A stretch of 64,000 bases of DNA from Anaerolineae bacterium (GTDB taxonomy: Bacteria > Chloroflexota > Anaerolineae > CAZYHC01): the NCBI GenBank assembly GCA_034417895.1, contig DAOULT010000092.1, positions 3,220-67,219 on the forward strand, given 5' to 3'. Below the pieces are notes generated by a model that was given only the letters and a program-made list of their open reading frames with translations, ran no database searches and was not told where the DNA came from. Positions 8,326-17,010 of the stretch are shown piece by piece (position 1 is the first letter of the stretch; each line of letters begins with the position of its first letter). Position numbers and translations under genes: made by a program.

Positions 8326-9678
8326 TCATCCTTCGTGATCTTTGTGCTCTTGGTGGTTATAACATTGTGGCAGGTAGCGTCCCAAAGCGGCAGCCAGACC
8401 CAGAATGAGCCAGGGGATGAAGGCTGGTTTGGCGCCCCAGGTGGTGGCGTCGGTCAGACCGTGAACGACCAGGACGGTCAGGCCCGCCAGCAGGCCCGCC
8501 GCCAGAACGGACCGCTCCGGCGCTTCAGACAGCCGATAAGCTCGCCAGGCGCGGCTGAAACCCACCGCCAGCAAGACGAGGTAGGCCAGCAGACCAGGCA
8601 GCCCCACGTCGACGCCGATTTGCAGAAAAAGGTTGTGGGCGTGGGGCACCGCCGGATTGTCCAGGATGAAACAGGGATACATGAGCGGCCCTATCTGCCC
8701 AAAGGTGCCCAGACCGATGCCCGTGTAAGGAAAGTCGCGCCACATGGACAGCGCTCTGCGCCACACCTCCTGACGGCCAGCCAGACCGCCCAGGGTGGAG
8801 TTGGTCAGGATAAAATCGGCCACCAGCCCGACCCCCAAACGACGGGAGAGGGCCGCGCTCTCCAGGAGCAGGACAGGCGTCGCAGCCAGCAGCCAGCGAT
8901 AGCGTAAGCACCCCCAAACCACCAGGCCCACCGCCAGAGCCAGATAAGCTCCACGCGATTGAGTCAGCAGCACCACCGTCAGCATGACCCCCAGGGTGAG
9001 AGCCAGAAAGAGGCGGGCCAGACGCCCCTCCTCCCTGGTGAGAAACGTCAGCCTGCCGGAGAGCAGAGCCAGCACGACAGGTATCAGGGGACACAAAGCC
9101 CCGGCCAGGACGTTAGGATGAATGACCTCCGGCAGCCAGGCCAGGGTGAGACCCTGGTAAACCTCCGGCCAGGCCAGCACCGAGAGCTTGTTCACGCTCC
9201 ACTTCGTGCCCAAAGGAGCGATCAGGGCCACACTCAGCCCGATGAGCACCAGCAAGGCGCTGGCTAACCACAGACGCTCCTCCGAATAAGCCCAGTTCAC
9301 CAGGCCATAGAAGAGACTGACTCCGGCCACAAGCTGGCACAGAATCACCACGCTGGCCTGTAGATCGATGGAAGGATAAAGGCCAACCATAGCCATCAAG
9401 AGCAGCCCCAGGATAGGCCATTCCGAGCCGGTGCTCACGGTGAAATGGCCCCTCACCAGCCGGCGACAGAGCCAGGGCGCAGGGACGAGGACCAGCCCCA
9501 CAGGAGTAAGAGGACCAGGATATACCAGGAGAAAGGTGACGACCAGGAGCAGCCATAACTCGCGCTCCACTATCCAGGCGGCCACTTCGGTCACCAGCTT
9601 CCCGCAGGTTCCAAATCTGTGGGAGGCTAAGCCTCTTTCCCCCAGCCAGGGCCGGACGCTTTTACCTCTCACTACCAT
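8326..9678 (-). CDS. O-antigen ligase / Wzy-like polytopic membrane protein
   Basis: At least 10 predicted TM helices. The QSRGAYLALAVGLVVWG segment is typical of Wzy_C/O-antigen-ligase domains. The annotated C-terminus reads through a short intergenic repeat, so the exact stop is uncertain. Confidence 0.55.
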   Translation of the reverse strand: MVVRGKSVRPWLGERGLASHRFGTCGKLVTEVAAWIVERELWLLLVVTFLLVYPGPLTPVGLVLVPAPWLCRRLVRGHFTVSTGSEWPILGLLLMAMVGLYPSIDLQASVVILCQLVAGVSLFYGLVNWAYSEERLWLASALLVLIGLSVALIAPLGTKWSVNKLSVLAWPEVYQGLTLAWLPEVIHPNVLAGALCPLIPVVLALLSGRLTFLTREEGRLARLFLALTLGVMLTVVLLTQSRGAYLALAVGLVVWGCLRYRWLLAATPVLLLESAALSRRLGVGLVADFILTNSTLGGLAGRQEVWRRALSMWRDFPYTGIGLGTFGQIGPLMYPCFILDNPAVPHAHNLFLQIGVDVGLPGLLAYLVLLAVGFSRAWRAYRLSEAPERSVLAAGLLAGLTVLVVHGLTDATTWGAKPAFIPWLILGLAAALGRYLPQCYNHQEHKDHEG

Positions 9679-9687
9679 CTCTAACCC

Positions 9688-10458
9688 CTATCTCCAATCT
9701 GCATCGCGCATGGGCGAATTATTCGCATGATACGAATGTCCCACGCCCAATTCGCTTAACTCGCCTAATTCGCTCATTCGTGTTCCTCTTTCCATAGCCA
9801 CCAGGGCTTGCACGGCATCGTGGACAAAGCCCCGCACCGTCTCCCGCGTAAATTTGTGATCGACCATTTTGGTCAGGAAGGCGGGAGGGATGGTGATGAT
9901 GTGCGCCCCGGCCAGAGCAGCGTTCTGGATGTCGATGACCCCCCGGATGCTGCCCACGATCAGCCTGGTCTTGTACGGCCAGCCTTCAAGCCACCCTACG
10001 GCAGCGGCGATGAGGCGCGTCGCGTCGTGTCCTTCGTCAGAGACCCGGCCAGCGAAGATGCTGGCGTAGGTGGCGCCCGCTTTGGCCGCCAGGGCCAGTT
10101 GCCCAAAGGACATCATAGCCGTGACGTTGACCCTGACTCCTTTCTCTTCCAGGGCCTTCACCACTCCCAGACATGGCTCACCGTTTTCATTGATGATGGG
10201 AATCTTGACCACGATGTTGGAAGCCCAGCGGGCGAAGGTGCAAGCCTGCTCGTACATCTCTACGGGGTCGTTAGTGGTCACCTCTACGCTGACTGGCCGC
10301 CCTTCCACCAGGGCTGCGATCTCCCTGGCTCTGGCCTCCGTGTCGTAAGCTCCGTCTTTGAGCATGATAGTGGGGTTAGTCGTCACCCCATCGATCACTC
10401 CATACTGGAGCCATTTCTTGATCTCCGCCACGTTAGCGGTGTCAATAAAGATCTCCAT
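9688..10458 (-). CDS. tal: transaldolase (fructose-6-phosphate aldolase / TalC subfamily)
   Basis: MEIFIDTANVAEIKKW...GVTTNPTI is the classic short-type transaldolase N-terminus. GGAGGACAGGAACATG RBS. ORF-track start trimmed to MEIF at 10458. Confidence 0.85.
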   Translation of the reverse strand: MEIFIDTANVAEIKKWLQYGVIDGVTTNPTIMLKDGAYDTEARAREIAALVEGRPVSVEVTTNDPVEMYEQACTFARWASNIVVKIPIINENGEPCLGVVKALEEKGVRVNVTAMMSFGQLALAAKAGATYASIFAGRVSDEGHDATRLIAAAVGWLEGWPYKTRLIVGSIRGVIDIQNAALAGAHIITIPPAFLTKMVDHKFTRETVRGFVHDAVQALVAMERGTRMSELGELSELGVGHSYHANNSPMRDADWR

Positions 10459-10484
10459 GTTCCTGTCCTCCACATAATATCGTC

Positions 10485-11135
10485 TCAAAGCGCCAGGCAG
10501 CCGTAGTCTGCCATCTCCAGACAACGGGCAGGGTCCAGACGCCTGCTGCTCTCCAACTGGTGGATGAGCCGCACCGCGGCCAGCAGATCGGTGGCGATAA
10601 AGTGCGGCCTGGCTTTCCTGTCATCCATCAACTTGCAGGTGCAGCACTTGGCCCGTCCCAAAAGGATGGTCTTACAAGCGGCGCTCCGCCCGGCCTGGAT
10701 GTCGATCAAGCCGTCGCCCACCAGATATGACTTCCTCAGATCGATTGCCAACTCATCACGACCCTTAAATAGCAAACCGGGCAGGGGCTTGCGGCACCGG
10801 CATACCATCCGATAGTCCCTGACCACCGCTTGAGGGTGGTGCAGGCAGTAGTAGATGGCATCCAGATAAGCTCCCCACCTGTCCAACTCGGCCCGCATTT
10901 TGTCGTTCATGGCTTCCAGGAGACGAGGGGTATATTTGCCCTTGGCGATGCCCGGCTGATTGGAAACCACGACCACCCGCCATCCCATCTCGTTGAGCAA
11001 CCTGATGGCCGGCCCCGCCCCTTTCAGCAACTCGAACTGTTGGGGATTAGAGGGAGAATCGAGCGTGCCGTGCTCCCGATCATAAACCATGGCGTTAATC
11101 ACCCCATCACGGTCCAGAAAAACGGCTTTATTCAT
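10485..11135 (-). CDS. gmhB: D-glycero-D-manno-heptose 1,7-bisphosphate phosphatase (HAD-IIIA family)
   Basis: AVFLDRDGVIN DxDG motif, SNQPG motif and the conserved Cys zinc cluster of GmhB. Lies between the transaldolase and GmhA. Confidence 0.8.
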   Translation of the reverse strand: MNKAVFLDRDGVINAMVYDREHGTLDSPSNPQQFELLKGAGPAIRLLNEMGWRVVVVSNQPGIAKGKYTPRLLEAMNDKMRAELDRWGAYLDAIYYCLHHPQAVVRDYRMVCRCRKPLPGLLFKGRDELAIDLRKSYLVGDGLIDIQAGRSAACKTILLGRAKCCTCKLMDDRKARPHFIATDLLAAVRLIHQLESSRRLDPARCLEMADYGCLAL

Positions 11136-11160
11136 TATCATAACCTCGATTTCTTGTCTC

Positions 11161-11201
11161 ATCGTAGTGCCAGGCGTAGTGACGACTTAAGTCGTTACTA
11201 C
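11161..11201. repeat. REP-like palindromic element family P2
   Basis: atcgtagtgccaggcgtagtgacgacttaagtcgttactac. The 15-mer atcgtagtgccaggc recurs at 56517. Confidence 0.5.
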
Positions 11202-11822
11202 GGCTTTGCTTCTTGTAGCTTCGATCCTTTGTCTCAGGGCAGTGCAGACCAGGTGATGGAGCACCACGTGGAAAGCTTCCACCAGCGGGGTGCCCAGCGG
11301 CTCGGTATCGATGGGCACCACGATGCAGGCATCGGCCATGTCCTTCATCGCTCCCCCGTCGAAACCGCTGAAGCCGATGATTTTGGCCTTTCTTTCCTGG
11401 GCCAGCTTCATGGCCTGCACCAGATTTTGCGACCAGGGGCCGGCCTCCCCCTGGCCCGAACCGCCATGCACCGACAGCCCGATCAGCACGTCGCCCTCCT
11501 TCAGCCAGGGCCGGAGCTGCTCCACGAAGATAGTGCCAAACCCGTTATCGTTGGTCCAGGCGCTAACCAGGGGAACGTTGTCCATCAGGCTCACCACCTT
11601 GAAGCGAGGCAGACCGTCCACGATAGTCACTTTAGCCAGATCGCAGACGAAGTGAGTGGCCGTCGAAGCGGAGCCGCCATTGCCCATGATGAAGACTGTG
11701 CTTTCCCGCTGCCAGGCTTCGAACAGCGCTTCGATCACGCGGTTGACCTCCTCTCGTGAAATCGACCGCGCCACCCTTTCCAGCTCGGTGAAATACTGCT
11801 CGATATACGCTCCATTCTTCAT
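11187..11822 (-). CDS. gmhA: phosphoheptose isomerase (SIS domain)
   Basis: IMGNGGSASTATHFVCDL SIS signature. Length ~211 aa. Confidence 0.85.
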   Translation of the reverse strand: MKNGAYIEQYFTELERVARSISREEVNRVIEALFEAWQRESTVFIMGNGGSASTATHFVCDLAKVTIVDGLPRFKVVSLMDNVPLVSAWTNDNGFGTIFVEQLRPWLKEGDVLIGLSVHGGSGQGEAGPWSQNLVQAMKLAQERKAKIIGFSGFDGGAMKDMADACIVVPIDTEPLGTPLVEAFHVVLHHLVCTALRQRIEATRSKAVVTT

Positions 11823-11858
11823 GCTATACTCTCCTGTATTTCCGTGTAATCCGCGTCC

Positions 11859-12860
11859 TCAGAAATTGACCAGCACCTTGGCCCCTTCCAGGTCGAAATC
11901 GTAGGACATCTCTCGCAACCCTTCGCCGGCCATGACCTCCCTGAGTTGGGTCTTGTGGCTGTTGGGGCAGAAGAACATGAAAAATCCCCCGCCGCCGGCT
12001 CCCATCAGTTTGCCGCCCAGAGCGCCGTTTTGTTTTGCCAGCTCGTACCAGCGGTCGATCCGGGGGTCGGATATCTTGCGGGAACGCTTCTTTTTATTCT
12101 GCCAATGAATGTCCAATAACTCTCCAAAACGGTTCAGGTCGCCGCTTTCCAGGGCCTTTTTGATCTCCAGCCCCAGTTCTTTGGTGCGGTGCAGGCTTTC
12201 GACCACACCATTATCGCCTCGCTCGGTATCTTTCTTCTGGGCGTTCAGAATGTCGAAGCTGCGCCTGACGATGCCGGTGTAGAACAGCAGGGTGCTATTG
12301 CGCAATTCTTCCAGGGTATAGGGCGAAACGTGGAGAGGGCTGACCGTCACCTGGCCGTCCGTTTCGATGTCCAGGCAGATGATGCCTCCAAAGGTAGCCA
12401 GATATTGGTCGTGCTTGCCCACCGGCTGCCCGGCCAGTTCGATCTCTATGGTGCAGGCTTCTTCGGCCAACTGCCGGGTGGGGATGTGCTCCCGCTTGAG
12501 GGCGTGGAGAGCGGTCAGCAGAGAGACCAGATAGCTGCCCGACGACCCCATGCCCGTGCCCGAAGGAACGTCGGCCATGGAAGCGATTTCCAGCCCCCCG
12601 TCCACCCCCCTCCACCTGAGCGATTCCCGCACCAGAGGGTGGCGTATCTTTTCCACGCTGGTCACGATCTCCGACCGGGAGTACAGGATGCGCAGGCTAT
12701 TGTCCACAGGCAGGCGGTTGAGGTTGATGAACACGTATTTGTCGATGGCCGCGCTGAGGATGAACCCGCCATGTTTAGAATAGTAAGAGGGTAAATCGGT
12801 GCCCCCTCCCCCCAGGGGGATGCGTAAAGGCGCTCTGGTCACGATCATGTCAGACACCAC
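11859..12860 (-). CDS. hddA: GHMP-family sugar kinase, probable D-glycero-alpha-D-manno-heptose 7-phosphate kinase
   Basis: TRAPLRIPLGGGGTDLP GHMP-kinase motif I and GMGSSGS motif II. Sits between gmhA and a nucleotidyltransferase, as in GDP-heptose loci. Confidence 0.75.
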   Translation of the reverse strand: MVSDMIVTRAPLRIPLGGGGTDLPSYYSKHGGFILSAAIDKYVFINLNRLPVDNSLRILYSRSEIVTSVEKIRHPLVRESLRWRGVDGGLEIASMADVPSGTGMGSSGSYLVSLLTALHALKREHIPTRQLAEEACTIEIELAGQPVGKHDQYLATFGGIICLDIETDGQVTVSPLHVSPYTLEELRNSTLLFYTGIVRRSFDILNAQKKDTERGDNGVVESLHRTKELGLEIKKALESGDLNRFGELLDIHWQNKKKRSRKISDPRIDRWYELAKQNGALGGKLMGAGGGGFFMFFCPNSHKTQLREVMAGEGLREMSYDFDLEGAKVLVNF

Positions 12861-13576
12861 CTTCCTTCTTCCACGTCAATTTGGGCCTGCCGGTAGCTTT
12901 CGATGGTATCCACGCCCAGGATGTACTCGGACATGGTGTAGCCGTAAAGAGTCTGCCCCTCGGCCAGAAGGCGGGGAAACAGGTCACGGCCAAAATCGTA
13001 AAACTGCCCAGGAGGGATGTAATCCAGCGCGCCCGGCTCCAAAATGTAGAGGCCGGCGTTGACCAGATGGCTGAACACCTGATCGCTTCCCGGCTTTTCC
13101 ACAAACCTGGTGATGCGCTGCTCCCCATCCAGTTGCACGATGCCGCTGGTGGTCGGGTCCTGCCGGTAGTGGAGGGCGATGGTCCCCAGTCCCCGCCCGT
13201 TCCGCTGAGCTTGATGGAACTGGCGCAGGCGGGTCAGATCGCAGGTGTTGAGGTTATCGCCGTAGAGAACCAGGAAAGGGCCATCCCCCAGATACCAGTC
13301 CATTCTCTTGACCGCGCCAGCCGTGCCCCAGAGCTGCTTTTCGGGCACGTAGATGATGTTGACTCCCCACTCCGTCCCCGAACCGAAGTAGTTGACAATA
13401 GCCTGGGGACAGTGATAAAGATTGACGGCCAGGTCTGTGATGCCGTGCCTGGTCAGCAGCTCGATGGCGTACTCCAGGAGCGGCTTACCGGCCAGCGGTA
13501 GCATCTGTTTGGGCATATTTTCGGTCAGCGGTCTGAGCCTGGTGCCCAGACCGGCGGCTAAAATCATGGCTTTCAT
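12845..13576 (-). CDS. hddC: sugar-1-phosphate nucleotidyltransferase, probable D-glycero-alpha-D-manno-heptose 1-phosphate guanylyltransferase
   Basis: MKAMILAAGLGTRLRPLT G-rich nucleotidyltransferase motif. Start moved to MKAM at 13576 on the basis of a GAGG RBS. Confidence 0.75.
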   Translation of the reverse strand: MKAMILAAGLGTRLRPLTENMPKQMLPLAGKPLLEYAIELLTRHGITDLAVNLYHCPQAIVNYFGSGTEWGVNIIYVPEKQLWGTAGAVKRMDWYLGDGPFLVLYGDNLNTCDLTRLRQFHQAQRNGRGLGTIALHYRQDPTTSGIVQLDGEQRITRFVEKPGSDQVFSHLVNAGLYILEPGALDYIPPGQFYDFGRDLFPRLLAEGQTLYGYTMSEYILGVDTIESYRQAQIDVEEGRWCLT

Positions 13577-14709
13577 GCGGCTAACCTCACGGGGCGAATA
13601 ACGTTTTGCTCTTTCATGCGTCTTTCGGATTCCAGAAGGTGCTCCGTTTCCCGCCGGTATTCCTCGGTTTCGACCTGCTCTCGGAACCAGGCCAGGTATT
13701 CGCGGACGTTCTGCTCCACGGGGATGGTCGGCTCCCAACCCAGGGCGCGCAGGGCGGAGATGTCGGACACGGTGTGGCGGGTATCGCCCAGCCGGAACTG
13801 GCCGGGGATGAGCGGCTCAAGGTCGCTGCCAAAAGCCTCGACCATGAGATGCGCAAAATCCAGGACGGTCACGGCCTGGCCTCCGCCCACGTTGTAAACC
13901 TGATAGTTGGCCTCCTCCCGCTCCATGACCAGCACGTTGGCCCGCGCCACGTCACGCACGTTGACGTAATCTCGAAATTGTCTGCCATCTTCGTAAATCA
14001 CGGGCGGCAGGCCGTGCCACAGACGCAGAGCAAAGATGCGGCAGATGCCCGAATAGGCGTTGTAAAACGAGTTGCGCGGCCCCTGGACGTAGGTGTAACG
14101 CATACACACGGTGGGTATGCCATACCGGCGGCCCAGACGCCCGGCCAGAAGCTCGATGGCGTACTTGGAGATGCCATAAGCAGTGTGCGGATTGGCGGTC
14201 TCCTCGTCGATGAGCAGGGGGCGCATCCTGGCTCCGCAGGAGGGACAATCGATCTCCCATTCTCCGCCTTCAAGCTGGGCCAGGGGTCTGGGGCCGGGGA
14301 GAACCACCCCGTGCTCGGCGCACTGGTAGCGACCCTCCCCGGCCACCGCCTGTGAGGAGGCAGCAACGATCTTCCCCACCTGGAAGCCTTTTTCTAAGAT
14401 GAGTTCAAACAGCAGGGCTGTGCTCTCGGTGTTGACGCGGATGAAAGTGCTGAAGTCAGTCATATAGTCCTGATAGGCCGCCAGGTGGAAGACGTAATCA
14501 ACGCCTCTCAAAGCCTGTTCCATATCTTCCCGCCGGGTTACGTCTCCGCGGATGAATTCTGCTTCTGGAGGAAGATAAGAGGGTTTGCCTCTGGGATGAA
14601 CCCGCTCCTGCAAGCTATCCAGGATCCTGACTTCGTAGCCTTTTTCCAGCAACAAATCGACGGTGTGGGAGCCGATGAACCCGGCTCCTCCGGTGACCAG
14701 AACTTTCAT
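13573..14709 (-). CDS. NAD-dependent epimerase/dehydratase (extended SDR) with inserted Cys/His zinc-ribbon-like segment
   Basis: MKVLVTGGAGFIGSH Rossmann motif and YxxxK. An unusual insertion, YQCAEHG...EIDCPSCGARM, provides C/H/C/C ligands. Confidence 0.75.
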   Translation of the reverse strand: MKVLVTGGAGFIGSHTVDLLLEKGYEVRILDSLQERVHPRGKPSYLPPEAEFIRGDVTRREDMEQALRGVDYVFHLAAYQDYMTDFSTFIRVNTESTALLFELILEKGFQVGKIVAASSQAVAGEGRYQCAEHGVVLPGPRPLAQLEGGEWEIDCPSCGARMRPLLIDEETANPHTAYGISKYAIELLAGRLGRRYGIPTVCMRYTYVQGPRNSFYNAYSGICRIFALRLWHGLPPVIYEDGRQFRDYVNVRDVARANVLVMEREEANYQVYNVGGGQAVTVLDFAHLMVEAFGSDLEPLIPGQFRLGDTRHTVSDISALRALGWEPTIPVEQNVREYLAWFREQVETEEYRRETEHLLESERRMKEQNVIRPVRLAA

Positions 14710-14711
14710 GA

Positions 14712-15425
14712 TCAGTGTGCTCCTTTACCAGTAATCATCACCCAGGGGGTGAGCAGCATAATTTTAAGATCGAGCCACAACGAACGTTCTTCCAGGTATT
14801 CCAGATCGATGCGTACCATCTGGTCAAAAGTCACGGTGCTGCGGGCCGTGACCTGATAGAGTCCAGTGATGCCCGGCAGGACGGTCAGGCGTTTCTTATG
14901 CCAATCCTCATACAGCTCGTACTCGTAATACAGAGCCGGGCGCGGCCCGACCACGCTCATCTCTCCCCTGAGCACGTTGATGAACTGGGGCGCTTCATCC
15001 AGTCCCAGCTTGCGCAAGATTCTACCTACAGGTGTGACTCGCGGGTCATTGACCACCTTATAGATTTTCTTCCGCTGACCGTTCCCGCCCTCAACGACCG
15101 TCGGCGCGTTCCCGTTCTTAATCAACTCTTCCACTACCCGTTTGTGCTGGCTGTTGTCGTTGCCGTTGCGCATCGTCCTGAACTTGTAGAGGGTGAAGAT
15201 TTTTCCATCCTTGCCCACCTCTCTTTTCTCCACGTACAGTACCGGCCCAGGAGAGGTCAGCTTGATAGCTACGGCAATAATCAACCATAAAGGGGACAGG
15301 AGAGTGAGGACCAGCAGCGCCAGACAAACATCTATACCCCGCTTGCTGAACCAATACGCTCCATTCCTGATCAGGCTCCTCCGCAGCCTCACTCCCTGTC
15401 CGCTTCTGGGGTGTGTCATTTCCAT
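14712..15425 (-). CDS. polyprenyl-phosphate sugar-phosphate transferase (bacterial sugar transferase, WbaP/WcaJ C-terminal type); priming enzyme
   Basis: VVGPRPALYYEYELYEDWHKKRLTVLPGITGLYQV is the PF02397 catalytic block. A single N-terminal TM helix. Confidence 0.8.
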   Translation of the reverse strand: MEMTHPRSGQGVRLRRSLIRNGAYWFSKRGIDVCLALLVLTLLSPLWLIIAVAIKLTSPGPVLYVEKREVGKDGKIFTLYKFRTMRNGNDNSQHKRVVEELIKNGNAPTVVEGGNGQRKKIYKVVNDPRVTPVGRILRKLGLDEAPQFINVLRGEMSVVGPRPALYYEYELYEDWHKKRLTVLPGITGLYQVTARSTVTFDQMVRIDLEYLEERSLWLDLKIMLLTPWVMITGKGAH

Positions 15426-15558
15426 TTTCTGTTTCTTCCCCTTTCCGCCCTGCTATTCCAGTTTGGGGAAAGCTCTATCCTGATCTTAAGGGCGGATATT
15501 TTGTCTCTTACACAGAGAACACAGAGTTCACAGAGGGAAATCCTCTGTTATACGTCTC

Positions 15559-15595
15559 TGGAAACCAGATTTTTTAGCAAAAACCTGGTTGCTTT
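15559..15595. repeat. palindromic intergenic element family P1
   Basis: ggaaaccagattttttagcaaaaacctggttgctttc. Confidence 0.6.
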
Positions 15596-15617
15596 CATAA
15601 ATATCAGGCAATTTAAC

Positions 15618-15730
15618 TATATTATAGCCTATTAAAACCACTTTTGGGTAACGGTTTGGTTGAGATTTGGTGGGGATTGGGTTGAGCTTGTGGGGAGGGC
15701 CAAGAGGGATAAATCGGTCAGCCTGAATAG
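15618..15730 (+). repeat. promoter-like ~105-bp repeat, copy A
   Basis: Shares ttatagc...ttttcaggtaacgatttggttgagatttggt...tataa-like end with copy B and with the tRNA promoter region at 30911. Confidence 0.6.
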
Positions 15731-15736
15731 CTCAAT

Positions 15737-15840
15737 TATATTATAAGCCCTCTAAAGTAATTTTCAGGTAACGATTTGGTTGAGGTTTGGTAGAGATTGG
15801 GTTGAGCTTGCGGGGAAGTATTATAAAGCGGTCAGGGTGG
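15737..15840 (+). repeat. promoter-like ~105-bp repeat, copy B (tandem to A)
   Basis: Direct alignment to copy A and to 30911..31013. Confidence 0.6.
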
Positions 15841-15849
15841 AGGCCCCGG

Positions 15850-16938
15850 CTAAGTTTCGGCCCCCAGTCTGACTGGCTGGCTGGCGTCTTTCAAAGAGCT
15901 GTCTATGGCCTCCAGGACGGCCAGAACCTTCAGGACCGAACGACCGTCGGTCCTGGGTCTGGAGCCGTTTTTGATGCACTCCACGAAATGCTCGCATTCG
16001 ACGCGCAACGGTTCGCGCCACTCGATAGCCGGAGCGTAATGTCCCTGGTCGTAGAGGCGCAGATTATGGTTGCCCAGGAGGTCTATGCCCTGGCAGGGCG
16101 CGTAACCTCGTTCATAGACTATCACCCTTTCCTCCTCGTTCAAGTCGTCGTAGACCAGCATTTTCTCGCTGCCGACGATGACCATACGTCGTATCTTCAA
16201 CGGCGCGTAGGAGGTATTGTGGCAGTGGGCGACGACGTTGCCCTCAAAGAAAAGGGTGGTGAAAACCACGTCCTCTATCCCCCGGCGAAGATAGGCCCCT
16301 CCACTGGCTATCACCCTGGTAGGGGGCGCTCCGAACAGGCCCATGAGGATGTACACCTCGTGAATCTGAGCATCCCAGACCACGTTGGTATCCTCGCACA
16401 GACGGGGGCCCAGGCTGGTCCTGAGGGCGTACAGGTAGCGCACCTGCCCCAGCTCGCCCTGGCCGATAAGCTCTTTCATTTTTTCGACGGCAGGGTTGTA
16501 GAGGAAAATGTGATCGACCATCAACACCCGGCCCTGGCGGTCGGCCAGGTGGACCAGTTCCTCTCCCTGCTGTAAGCTGGTAGCCAGGGGCTTTTCTACC
16601 AGAACGTGCTTGCCGCACTCCAGGCTCTCTTTGACCAGAAGGTAATGGGTAGCCGCCGGCGTGGCGATGGCTACGGCCTCGATGCTTTTGTCCTCCAGCA
16701 ACTCGCGGTGCGAAGTGGTCAGCCGCAGGGGATAATCTTTAGCCAGCCGCTCCAGCCGCTCCGGGCGCAGGTCGGCGCAGGCCACCAGATTGGCCCCAGG
16801 GGTGCGGGCGAAATTACGCACCAGGTTGGGGCCCCAGTATCCGGCCCCAATGACCGCCACGTTTACCTTTTGCTCCTCCTGGGCTATCGCTTTGTCCAAC
16901 TGCGTTGCTAGTTTTGTCTCGTTATGCATAATATCCAT
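15850..16938 (-). CDS. Gfo/Idh/MocA-family NAD(P)-dependent oxidoreductase (sugar-nucleotide dehydrogenase type)
   Basis: VAVIGAGYWGPNLVRNF Rossmann motif and a C-terminal GFO_IDH_MocA alpha/beta domain. Confidence 0.8.
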   Translation of the reverse strand: MDIMHNETKLATQLDKAIAQEEQKVNVAVIGAGYWGPNLVRNFARTPGANLVACADLRPERLERLAKDYPLRLTTSHRELLEDKSIEAVAIATPAATHYLLVKESLECGKHVLVEKPLATSLQQGEELVHLADRQGRVLMVDHIFLYNPAVEKMKELIGQGELGQVRYLYALRTSLGPRLCEDTNVVWDAQIHEVYILMGLFGAPPTRVIASGGAYLRRGIEDVVFTTLFFEGNVVAHCHNTSYAPLKIRRMVIVGSEKMLVYDDLNEEERVIVYERGYAPCQGIDLLGNHNLRLYDQGHYAPAIEWREPLRVECEHFVECIKNGSRPRTDGRSVLKVLAVLEAIDSSLKDASQPVRLGAET

Positions 16939-16959
16939 TTTTGAATGAATCTCCTTAAT

Positions 16960-17010
16960 CTTTATGAACTACCCGGAAACCAGGTTTTTGCCAAAAACCT
17001 GATTTCTTTC
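16960..17010. repeat. palindromic intergenic element family P1 (extended copy with 'tatgaact' 5' flank)
   Basis: ctttatgaactacccggaaaccaggtttttgccaaaaacctgatttctttc. Confidence 0.65.
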
